Below the pieces are notes generated by a model. That model did no database searches. It worked only from the letters and a program-made list of their open reading frames with translations, and was not told the origin of the DNA. Below, piece after piece: positions 10,772-22,455 of a stretch of DNA of 64,000 bases. The stretch is from Girardia tigrina. Lineage: Eukaryota. A program made the translations under genes and the position numbers. The stretch's first letter is position 1. The number at the start of each line of letters is the position of its first letter. The stretch is from assembly GCA_001938485.1 (NCBI GenBank), contig MQRK01180300.1, positions 9,983 through 73,982 of the forward strand, given 5' to 3'.

Positions 10772-11921
10772 TCAATAAATGAGCAAAGGAGTGTTAACAG
10801 AGTGTGTTGCGCAGCGCGGCTGCAGCCCCCTGTAGTCGGGGACGGTGGTTGGGTCGGGGGAATAAAAAAATATCTCACACGATAAATTCTCTAGAGCTGT
10901 TGATGATCGATCCACTGCTCCTTCACATTCACAATAGACCCATATTTGATCAGGAATTCCATCCTGCATCCGCCATACTGGAGCTCGAATAATCGATGCC
11001 TGTGATCTATCGATCCCACTCGACTCACAATATTCAGCATTACTATTATTTGCCTTGCCACAGAACTCGTATGGACAAAGCTAATCACTCCCTCTAGCAT
11101 TGAAAAAATCCACATACATGTCGTCATTCATGGAATTGAGAATGATAACATCGCTGTATGACAGGTCTCGGGTCATCAATGATACGTCATCTGAGATCAC
11201 TCTATTTGTTCCATCAAACTCAACTGTCATATTACTCTCTCTTTTTGAGGTCTGTGACTCCCTCTCAACAATCTCTGAAGATCACAATTCGAGCACACGT
11301 CTCCCGGTCGATTTGTCAATTCACACCTCTCACACTTCCACGAAATCGCCAAATACATCGATATTCCTCAAAACTCTTTAAAAAATTTTCCTCGCAACAC
11401 AATTTGACGAAACAAATAATCCGTCACATCTTATATAACTTTCAAATAACTAGACAAATCACACGATTTGTCGGTCACTATCGAAAACCGATTATCATCA
11501 GTAAACAACTAAATCAATCTACCGCTTGGATTCTCGAGAAAACCGCTCTTTATCATCGAATGCGTCATGTCCGCTTTTTCAACACTTAAACAATCGACCC
11601 AACTCGTTTTATGTAATCATCGATAACTGACAAACTCTGGATCAATCACATAATCGAACTTGATGCCACGTCCTCGCTACTCGATTCCACTCATCTCATT
11701 GCTGCCCCACAGCAAGACACACTCACGCAAACAACTCATCAACCACCCGCACACCACTCGACAATCCGGTTCGGCAGAAACACAAGACCTTTCGATCGAC
11801 TTACATTAACTGAAACCGAATCCAGTCTGTCGATTTTTCCGCGAAACAAAATGTAAATCGGGTGAAAAACCACCTCGAGATAATTGTCCGTTGGCAAATC
11901 AAATTCTCCGGGATTTTCCAT
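10772..11921 (-). other. CpG/TCGA-rich gene-like island with multiple short ORFs; pseudogene or lncRNA of unknown family
   Basis: GC-richer than the flanks. Minus-strand ORFs at 11739-11921, 10891-11127 and 10772-10969; every frame is interrupted by stops. Confidence 0.4.
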
Positions 11922-12141
11922 TTTGGGTTTTTTTTGAATTTCGGTATAAAAATCGGTTTGAATTCTATTGTCAAAATATTTTTATTTGTCTCAATTCACA
12001 ATGGCGATTCTATTAACAAATTATTTTTGATTCATTAAAACAACAAAAAATTAATAAATTCGATTTGACTATTTTCGCATAAAAAACTCCAATTCAAAAT
12101 TTTTGCTTAAATTAAAACAATGTCAAACAAGAGAATACTGG

Positions 12142-12163
12142 CCAATCAAATAGGGCCACGTCA
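12142..12163 (+). promoter_or_regulatory. Exact ERSE (CCAAT-N9-CCACG) overlapping a UPRE (rc TGACGTGG)
   Basis: CCAAT caaataggg CCACG TCA. It lies between a leftward island (ATG 11921) and a CA-rich rightward leader (12217-12270). Confidence 0.55.
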
Positions 12164-14285
12164 GAAAAAAATTGATTCAATACACAAAATTCAATTTTTT
12201 ATCACAGTTTTTTTCAACACACACACTCAATCACAAACAATCACAGATCAATTTGAAACATTCACAAGCATAATGATTGGATATAAATAATTTCTATTCG
12301 AACAATCTGGTAAAGCTTTTAAAAAATTCATGAGAATCGTAAGTTTGTCGTAGAGAGCTAATAGGGACATTATTAATACAATTCGGATGTAAAATTGAGA
12401 TTTCTTTCGAAAATTCCCAATCACAATTTTTGTTTTTGATAATCACAAATGAATAAATTCATGGAACTTGTGGGATCCATTTGTGATTGCACCAAATCCT
12501 CGCTGAATTTTGAAGAACAAGTAGAAACAAAGATTATATCATTATTCGATTGAACTTCAACGACCTGAAACTCGTACAAACTGCCGGTGACCATCAAACA
12601 CTCAAGGTCCTCACATAAATAATTCACGATGTCCGAACCAGTTGTCGTTAAAAAGCTGAATGAATTCGACCATAGTTTGCATTTTAAATTTCAACATAAG
12701 ATATTAAAAAAACTTTTAAAATATTAAATTGTTTCAAATGTTAATATCAAAAATTTAAATAAAGTAAATAACTTTTAACTTCATTTAATTTTAAGTAAAT
12801 AATTTATTTTTCATTAAATAAAATCATTTTTAATAAAATTAAATTAATTTTAAGATAAAATTATTACCAAAATTATAAAATTGGAATTTTTTAAAATGAA
12901 ATCTAAAATAATTTAAAATGAAAATTTATTCGAATAATTGTTTATTAGTAAAAATTTATCAATTTAGAAAGGTGTCAAATTCTGAAAGCTTGGCTGAGAG
13001 TTGTCCAAAAGACAATTCAAATTGTAATGAAAATAAATGTTTGAAAACCCATATTGGTGTTCTTAATACTCAGTAAACAATAAATTCACATTTTTTCAAT
13101 GTAAAATTAAAAAAGTGATAGGATAAAAAAACTTTCCTACTTACATAGTTTTAGAAATTATTTTTCCACAATTAATATTTTATTTATTTTTTATTTGATT
13201 TTTATTTTTTATTTATTTTTATTTTATTTATTTTTATTTATTATTTAATTTTATTTCATATTTTCCGCTCTAAATATAGTATAATTATCTTTTTTATAAT
13301 TAATTTAATTATTTTTTCTTAATACTTTGAAAATATTTTTAATTATTTATTTAACTACTGATAAAAGAAATAAATAAATTTATAAATAAACTGAAAATCA
13401 TTAATTTTAATTTAAAATTAATTTATAATTTATAATCAATAATATTTCTCACTATTTCATCAAAATACAAATATTAAAAAAATTCTAATCAATAAAAAAT
13501 AAATAAAATAGCAAGTATTTATTTTCTTTAAAAATGATTATAAATAATAATTAATAATATCGAAAAAAGAAAATTAAAAGTTAACTTATAAAATATTTTG
13601 TATTGCTTAGTTTTTCATTATCGAAATTGAGAATTTTATGGTGAATTAATGTTCGTATTGAATAACTGTAGTTTTCCTAACCTTTTCGAGACTGAATATC
13701 AAAATACTAAAAAAATTCATTAATAAATCAAGAAATAAAATATAAATTATTTGTAAACATGACCTTCTATTAAATTGTTTTTTTCCTGAGTATAATATAT
13801 TATAGGTGAAAAAAATTGAACTGAAATTTCATTAAAAAATGTTTATTTAATTATAAATAAATTTATGAATATACAATAGAATTAAAAATAAATTATACTT
13901 AATGTTTTCATAGCTTAATTAAATTTATTAAGAAATTTGTATAATTATTATACTTTTTTTCTGAATAATAATTTTTTATTGTAATTTTAATTATTTTTAT
14001 TTGATTTTATTTATTAAAAAAAACTATATATAACAAAAGTGTACTAATTATTTACAATCCTTAATCTTTGTTCAAAATTATATTGTAGTAAATATTTCAT
14101 CACTTCTTATAATTTTATTTGAAAAATCAAATAAATCAAATCAAAGTGTTTGATTTAAAAGGGGGGACGATGATAATTCCAGTCATTTCGGTGGAAACGA
14201 TCCCAATCACATTTTCAAATTCTTGCAATATCAACTGTAATTAAATAAATTTAAAAATCATCAACCGAACAAAATTAAAAACGAA

Positions 14286-14985
14286 ATGGAAAATCTTTCT
14301 CTCGATTTCGATTCAATTTTCACATTTTAATTACTGCGTTTTATTAAATTAAATATCGACAGTTTTTCGATTTGCTTTAATCGATTTTTTTTATTAAAAT
14401 TGGTGCGAATTTTTTTTGAAAATTTGTATGTGGATTCTAGAAGTCGCCATATCTGTTCCCGTTTTGATAAAAAAATAAAGATTTGTGTGCGTTCAAGTGT
14501 TTTTCAATGAAAATCGCCAATCGGTTGTTGTTTTGTCATTCCGATAGAAATGAATTGAATTATCAATATTTTGTTAATTACTTGATCGAAATATTGTGGA
14601 GAAAGATTCTATTAAATCAAATATGTACATTTATCATAATAATTCATTTAAAAAATATGAAGATGAAAAATTGATCTTGCTTTTATGTAAAAATACAACG
14701 ACAACATTCACTCACCGGTATTTCCAAGTGATCTTTTCGATGAATTTAAAAAATATCCTGACGCAATTAATACGGAAGAATGGTCAAGTATTATGATCGA
14801 TAGTCGTGATGGTGTGTTATTGGTGGTCTGGGCGTCCGTGTTCATCTCGACAGAGTCGCGGATTGCGAGTCTGAGCTTCCCCCCGATGAGATTATGAATT
14901 TAAGCCCCCTGCGTCCCGCAGATCATCCCTTAATACCAACACGCCGCAGCCACCACGCTGCTACCGCTCTCATACCACCAAAGTG
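14286..14985 (+). other. Second CpG-rich gene-like island with short ORFs
   Basis: Starts ATGGAAAATC; GC-rich 3' part (14800-14985) with a GCAGC-CACCAC-GCTGC hairpin; no long ORF. Confidence 0.35.
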
Positions 14986-15310
14986 TTTTTGGAAAACTAA
15001 AATTTATAATTGTATAATTGATAAAATTTAAAATAAAAATCATATAAAAAGAAAAATATTGCAATGATTTAAATATTTGAAGATAAATCTAAATGATCTA
15101 TAATTATATATATAGCGTTCCTCATAATTTTTGTTTCAAAATAGCCTTTAATTCAACTATAAAATTGGTCGAATGAAAAACTTGAACATAACAATATACA
15201 GGAAAAATTATTTGAAAATAAATAATTAAAATACCAATTGTAAAGGAAAACATATTTTTTCAAGAAATACCTTGATAGATTCCTTATTATTTATAGTTAT
15301 TTGGATAACT

Positions 15311-15356
<46 letters not shown>

Positions 15357-15567
15357 GAAATTCATCTATTAGAAAATATATTTTAAGACTATATATTTCT
15401 TCAAATCAAGAGTCATCTTTGGAAGATTCAAATTAATGAATCAATTAATTATAAACATTTGTGTGTATATCGATTTCTTAAGATGACTTAAAAATCAATT
15501 ATTGAATATGAATGTGATGTGTCTTTTGTGAACATGTCTGCGTGTATGTAAAAAGAAATTTGTAAAA

Positions 15568-15606
<39 letters not shown>

Positions 15607-16258
15607 TTAAATTGCAGTTTGTTTAACTGCATCAATTGAAATTATATGTAAATTGAATAAAGAATAAAACTTTAAAAAAAAAGAATTGAGTTTTGGGTAT
15701 TTGATTGATAATTGCGAAAAGTTGAAAACAATTGAATTTTAAAAAAATGGATGTTATAGAAACGTCTATTTGTTCTGTGTAGCAACGGAATTATCAATTT
15801 CAATAACTTAGATAAACCTAATAACTGGTGGAATTCTGTATGTATTATATTAATTATTGCGGAGAACGTTTGGCTTTTTTTGAAAAAAAACATCTCCAAA
15901 ATACAATTATATCTTAAATGGAATTAAAGCTAAAAACTATATTTAAATGATAATGGAAGTGAAGCTCTTTTCACGTCGATTCAAAATTTAAAATTGACTA
16001 ACTAATCTTCAGGTCACTGATTAATAATTTAATCCACTTATATATGCTAGAACGACCAAGGTGAACTAAATTTTCTTCTTTGAAAGTTTCTGTTTTAATT
16101 TTTAAAGCGTAATTATTATAATTTAAAATTTAGAATTCGGTGTTGATTTAACAGTCGCTCGACCAACACGGTTTTGGTCGATTTCGTCGACTTCCCGGAG
16201 TCTTTCGGCAAGGGTGCTGCACCGACAGAACCATATCAATGAGGGCTATCCATTTTGA

Positions 16259-16279
16259 CCACGTCATTAAGTGGATTGG
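16259..16279 (-). promoter_or_regulatory. CCAAT box plus TGACGTGG (bZIP/UPRE-type) composite in a GC-rich patch
   Basis: Minus strand CCAAT ccacttaa TGACGTGG. Confidence 0.35.
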
Positions 16280-16899
16280 CTCTGAATCCTCCCACCCTTT
16301 TATATTTTTATCATAACGTGACCGACAAACAAACAAAACACCTAACATTTTAGACAAATATTATATATATATATATAAATGATAATTATATAATCGATTG
16401 TATGGAATTACGCTTTTTTCCTATGTTCTGAAAAATTGCTCTGACCATCTTTTTGACCTTTTTATTGAAATTGTTTACAGAATTTTCAACCAGATAATTG
16501 AGAATTTTTTTAATGCAATCAATAATATAAATCATTATTTTTGCATTTATATATAGGTTAATTAAATTATTAATTAGTGACTTGAAGATGATAGTTAATC
16601 CGTCAAAATATATTGTACGTAAAAAGTTAAAAAAATGTTATGCTGGTTTAGAAAATTTTGTTTGCAGTCATTTTAACTTTAATTATACTCATCAGGGAGA
16701 AAGGATATGTAGATTCGATAAGTTATTTGTAAGATCCGATATACAACTTAATCCGATATGTAACTTAATTCTACATCAACATAGCTGTGAAAAGAGATTA
16801 TTGGTTAAGAGAAAAATGAAAGCTTCCTCAGATGGGAAAGGTTTATAAGGATTGTGATTGGGTTTCACAGGTTTTTTCGGAAACGCATGAAGAAGTATG

Positions 16900-17280
16900 T
16901 CAAAAACTTGTTAGTCCTTTACTAAGCGAACAAAGAATCAACATGTTTATCTCATGGCAGAATTATCTCAGAGAATGACAAGCAAATCCATTATACTTAT
17001 TTGAAATAATTAGGACATACTTCTCTTAATCAACCTGTATTATCCACATCTAAGCTGAGATATAGCAAATGAAAGTGTTTTTCATTGGGTCCTTAAGATT
17101 CTTTTGTAAAGGTACCCTTTGATTTGTAAGACATTGGATAATATAAAGATTGGCCGATGAAAATAAAAGTAATTCAAAACACGTCGTATGATAATATGTT
17201 ATTGTTGTTCTTGTTACAAATTCTAATGATTAATCATGCCAATAAATTAATATAATAATTATAAAACTAATTTAAAACAT
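16900..17280 (-). mobile_element. Possible L2/CR1-type LINE 3' remnant
   Basis: Minus-strand AISQLRCG followed by a decayed C..C/H...C pattern; heavily degenerate. Confidence 0.3.
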
Positions 17281-17522
17281 CTTGGAGAATAATGAGAAAT
17301 ATGATGGGATTAAAATTTTAGTTCTTTTTTAAAATGAAACTTTATTATATTGAAAAATATGAAAAACATTCTTAACATGAAAACTGTCATCTTATCTTGT
17401 TTGGAATGAGTTACAATTAATTACGTCTGTCGTGACGTACATTTATCCGTTACTGTCGACTGGCAAGCAAAGAATTAACAAGAGTTTTATTAAGATTTTA
17501 CATTTAAATGGCTTTGTTCAAG

Positions 17523-17593
17523 TAATAATAATAATAATAATAGTAATAATAATAATAATAATAAAAATCATATCAATAATAATAATAATAATA
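17523..17593. repeat. Interrupted (TAA)n microsatellite
   Basis: Direct reading; it generates the spurious poly-Ile ORF 17432-17704. Confidence 0.9.
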
Positions 17594-17835
17594 TTAATTC
17601 TTATTTTTCTCAAATATAAGTTTCACCTGTTGTGGTTTTTCTGTTTTGTAATATTTTTGGTAAAAATTCGGTTGTCTTTGATTTTGTATATTTTTAATAA
17701 TTAATTACTAGTCCTTTTTTGGAAAAAAATAAAAGTAAATAAATGAAAACAAAATACAAATAAAAAATAACATTCACTTTCTCCAAATATATAAACCTCC
17801 AAAACCAAAAAGTGTAAATAAAGATAAGTAATGTA

Positions 17836-17867
<32 letters not shown>

Positions 17868-18699
17868 ATGAACACAAAATCCGAATAAAAAAATAAGAAA
17901 TATTGAGATCTATACAATGTTTATAATAAAAGTTAGATTTAATTAAATTATTCTTCTGTTTTGTGAAATATCGCACTGGAATTAATTATATTATACTGTA
18001 CGTTTACTAAATTTAGTTAAAAACACATTTCTGTATTTTTATCTTGATTTAGTTATATAAAATATTAATAAATTCTTTTTTATTATTTCAACCGAATTTA
18101 TTATTTTTGAAATTTAATTTTGTTTTGTTTTTCCTTTACAACAAACAAATATTTTATATTTATTAAATTTGCATAATAAATGAATCTCTCAATGTGTAAA
18201 TGCAAAATGATTATGCAAAATTTCCCAGAAAGATTTATATTGATAAAAAAAATATTTGCAAAAACAAATACAAAAGAAACAGTTATAAATTACTAAAAAA
18301 ATTAAGAAATATCAAAACATTATTTTATTTAATTTTAGTTATATAATTTCAAAACAATAACGTGAAAACATTTTATTATAGTCTTAAAATTATATTGATA
18401 AACTTTTTAAAATGAACTTTTTTATGAATGTAATTAAAAATAAAAATTTAAATTTTAGTTAAGTTAATAAATTTTATTCGTATGACCCTCATCTGCATAT
18501 TTAATTAAAGTTTTCCTAAACATTGGAGCAATTAATTTAAAACAGATCAAATCGTAAATATCATTAATATATATGTTTTGGAATATCAAAGGATTTTTAT
18601 TATAGTGTTTTGTATTATGATTTGTATTTCAACATCCTTCAAGTTCAAAGTCTAATCGTTCTCATGATCTGAATCATTAAAAATTTGAATGAACATTGC

Positions 18700-19450
18700 T
18701 GAATTATATATGCTTGCTTTGATTTATAAATAGTAATGTAGTGATAAATGTCTCGCTTTCATCACAGCGCGTGGCTCTCGTTTTCGGATATTCTTTGTCG
18801 TGCTCGATTGTCTCTTTCAGTCGCTCAGATATGGTTCCTTTGATCAGGTGTATAAATTCCTCATCATTGTCGAGAAGCCCTCTTTCGTTTAGACTTTCCA
18901 TGTATTCTGCCAAATCTGCCGGATAATTGAATATCCAAGGCACATTACGAGCAATGCGCTCTCTCATCAGTTGCTTTTTCAATCTGTTGCTCATCAACTG
19001 CCGCTGATTCTGTGATTTTCTGAGGTGATCTCAGAATTTAGAACTCTTCGAACCTCAGTTACACCCTTCCGGGAATTGTATTTATAGAATACTATGCGTC
19101 TTTTAGCTAGATTCACTCTTACCCCAGTCAGTCCAATCGTCATGTCCTTATTCGGGATCCTGTCGAGTTTGGTCTACTTGAGAGCTGTCCTCGTGCAGCA
19201 ATTAAGGAAGGCTTGTAACCGTGCAACATCCTTTTCAGGCGCTACCAAGGACTCATTACCATTATAAACCACAGTGAAAATACTAGTCGCAATCAGTTTT
19301 CTCTTCAATACTATTGGGGCGCGGTTACTCTGAATTTAAGGTTGCAATTCTTTAAGCTACCGCATTTCATTTCGTATTCTTTGACTAATATCCCGGTTGC
19401 AGCTACTACTAGTGGTCGATATACTTCCGAGATAACATAATTCTTTCATC
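18700..19450 (-). mobile_element. RTE-like LINE, C-terminal part of ORF, decayed
   Basis: ELCYLGSISTTSSSCNRDISQRIR...LKRKLIATSIFTVVYNGNESL...RLQAFLNCCTRTAL..KLDRIPN fits the RTE pattern YLGS...EI..RI...YG.E.W...RL..F...CLR. ORF 18704-18997 is probably its frameshifted tail. Confidence 0.75.
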
Positions 19451-19454
19451 CATT

Positions 19455-19620
19455 CTCCAATGTACAGGACACTTGTGACATTTAAATTGATATACTAGAT
19501 TAGCTTGGACACCCGATTGGGTTTTCGATTTATTTGAGAAATAGCTCGAAGTACAAATTTTTCCCATCTGAGTCCGAATTACCATCTATTTCTATACTAC
19601 ATAGGTTCTCAAACGTTTTT
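19455..19620 (-). mobile_element. Penelope GIY-YIG endonuclease N-terminal fragment
   Basis: SYFSNKSKTQSGVQANLVYQFKCHKC-(frameshift)-YIGE. Confidence 0.7.
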
Positions 19621-19622
19621 GT

Positions 19623-21195
19623 CAGTTACCCAAATTTTTCTAATCTGTAGAACTGACTACCCAATAATAAATAGAACATTAGGAAATTCCCTTTCTTATT
19701 TCACCTTGAGTACAGCAATGACTCAGATAATTTTTATTGAAATAGTAAATGTTAGTGTGAAAAATGGTGACGAATATGGTCACATAGTGTATCAAATTTA
19801 GGTCTCTTGTTTGTCAATGTACATCAGAGATTGTCTTCTGAATCAAGTCGACTTCGCTGCTTGTTTTTAATCAAGGTCAGTGCAGAAAAGTCAGCCTCAC
19901 ATAAGAAAGTTCACAATCAAAGGAAAGTGCGGACTTCAAAACACCCAGAATTTTGACAGTAATAGCTGTTTGAAGCTTTCTTTCAAGGTTTGATTACTCT
20001 GCATGTCCATGAACAGTTCTTGGAGACCATCCAAGTGTTCAGAAATCATTCCTGAATGACATAAAATATGATTTCATTTCTAAAAAGTTTATACAGACTT
20101 ATTGTTACAATGTCCCTCATTTACTTACCAACATCTATCTCAAAAGGATTTCGTATTCAATTGTGGAAGGCTGCATCCGATAAATAATGATTCATATAAT
20201 GTCAAAGACAGCGAAGATGACTTAAAAATGCTTCAGAAACGTCCTGAACAGCGACTGAATCGGAATCTTCTAAGAAAGCATTGAGCAGAGAAAGTACAAC
20301 TATTTTCCCGACTGAAATTTTATTCGCCTATAGTTCCACCTTCAACTCATAGGTCCACGATTGTTACGTTTTGTCCTTGCAGAGAGAAAGTCAATTTATT
20401 GACGTGTTTGGACACGTCATATATCAGAGAAGTAGCACAGACACGCAAGCCAAGTCTGGTTACTAAAGCGACAAGCCAGAGAAGATTTCCAATCTAGGAA
20501 TTGTTCAATTTCTATCCGTAATTCATAGACACGCTTAAGAACTGTGCCACTTGATAGCCATCGAATCGACGAGTTGAAAAGTAGATGTTCATATTGAATA
20601 CCCAAAATCCTCACACATGCATTTGAAAAAGCGTGAATTCAAAGCTCTTGTCATAATAAAATTCACGATTGCAACAACATCATTAATCACCAAAAACAAT
20701 GTTTCTTGCAGTTCTTTTGAAGTCAATACTTGACGATGAATCCTAAAATGCACTATGAACACATTCAAATTTTTCTCTTTGACAAGAGCATTGAATTCCC
20801 GCTTGTTACCAAGCATATTGGATGCTCTGTCAATACATACTGCATGACAATTCATCCAGTCAATATCTACTTCCACAAAGAAAGTGTTGACTTTGTCAAA
20901 AATATTAGTGTCTCTGGTTGTGTTGGACAAATCCTTGCACATAAGAAAATCTTCTTCAATGTTACTCTCCCTTATGTAGCACACATAAACCAACAACTGA
21001 GCACAACCGGTAATATCAGTTGCTTCATCCAGTTGTATAGCAAAGGATATATTTTTGCTGACCTTCATGCAGGACAATGTTTGACTTTTGATGAGCAGAG
21101 ATGTCAGTAATTCGACGAGTGATTCTCATTAGAGAGGGGACAGTTGCTATTTTTTTGACCAGCTCATTTCCACACATAATTTCACACAAACATGT
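19623..21195 (-). mobile_element. hAT (Buster/ZBED8-like) transposase pseudogene with 3' end
   Basis: FAIQLDEATDITGCAQLLVYV, H.R.HRQVL, IRWLSSGTVLKRVYELR, WLACLCYFSDI; C-terminus FLCEADFSAL..IKNKQRSRLD...FSH* (stop 19752-19754). Degenerate terminus TTTGGGTAACTG ends at 19623. Confidence 0.9.
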
Positions 21196-21545
21196 AAATA
21201 AAAAAAATAGTAAAGAAAGAATGAGATTAATATGTGTGTAAAGTAATATTAGTAAATATGTAATTTCAAAAGCAAATTTTTTGATTTTAATAAATAAATG
21301 CTTATTTCTGTAAAATATCTTAATTTTATGAAAACCATGTTGTGCATAGAAATATTTTCGCGACCCAATCTGCATTTAAGAAACACTAATATAGTATATA
21401 AAAATATTTGATAAACTAGAAATTTAATAAAAATTGAAAACCCGAAAAAAGATGTCTCTGTTTGGGTTGATTTTCGCGAGTCATCGAGTATTTGGTGTGT
21501 TTCTTATTTGCCGAGTTTTTGTACCTGTATGAATTTGTCTTGTTT

Positions 21546-21567
21546 TGATTGGTTAGCCAATCAGAGC
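21546..21567. promoter_or_regulatory. Palindromic double CCAAT motif TGATTGG-N4-CCAATCA; second copy at 55028-55049
   Basis: rc(21546-21567) GCTCTGATTGGCTAACCAATCA vs 55028-55049 GCTCTGATTGGCTACCCAATCA (21/22 identical). Confidence 0.5.
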
Positions 21568-22455
21568 TACTTTCATTAAAAACATAACTAATCGATGATT
21601 TCATTATATTATTAACATGAATTCTATTATGATTAAATTTTTAATTGTGAATTCTGTTAAATGTGAATTTTTGAAGACTTGAAAAATGATTTTTATTGCT
21701 AATTTATTACTGATCCTGACTATGATTATTTTTGCTGAAATTATTTTCAATGATTTTAAAATTGTTTACAACAATTTAAATATTAGATTTTCATCGATTT
21801 TGAAAATTGTTTGACCGATTGAAATATGCTTTTACACCGAATTAAAATTTGTTTTGACTGATTGAAATTTAAGTTGTGCATTGCTGTAAAATGTTGTGTT
21901 TTACTGGTTACTGGTTAAAGAGACACTTATACGGACCATTGAATTTTGTTAAAAAATAAAACTATTTGAACCTTGATATGCATTCTTTTTAGCAAAAGAG
22001 TTTGATACAAAATTAACCTTAACAAACATCAAAAAGTCTATCAAAAATAGACCAAGCATCACGACCATTGCATCAGTTCTCTAGTGTAACTGAAGGACTG
22101 TCGAAACAATATATATAATCTTTATTTATCCTATTAAGCTTAATCTGTTTATCCATGCGATATAACATGATATTTTACACTTTAGTTTACGAATGCGTTT
22201 ATTACTACCACCTGTTTATTTTACATTCTATGTAATAACTTTCTTTGTCCTCAAATTTCTAAAACAAGTTATATATACTTAAAAAATATGAAGTTGCAGA
22301 TGTCCCCTTTCTATATACAATAATGTGATGTAAAAACTCACAACAATATCATTTTTTAATAATAAATTTATAAATTTATAATAATAAATTTATAATAATA
22401 AATTTATAATAATAAAAAAATTTCAAGTAGAATTTATATCATTTTGACCTTTCTA

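Noticed and set aside
10900-10965. MEFLIKYGSIVNVKEQW ankyrin-like snippet
   Set aside because: No TPLH motif or 33-aa periodicity; it conflicts with another candidate frame.
10811-14961. CTGCAG/CCGCAG motifs suggesting IRE1/XBP1-type splicing
   Set aside because: No paired 7-nt-loop hairpins with sound stems and no bZIP ORF.
18940-18972. Minus-strand CTGATGA-GA-GAGC..GCTC-GTAA hammerhead mimic
   Set aside because: GAAA is GTAA, there is no stem III or I, and it lies within LINE coding sequence.
22090-22107. CTGAAGGACTGTCGAAAC hammerhead-like string
   Set aside because: Core incomplete, stem II loop of one base, no stem III or cleavage triplet.
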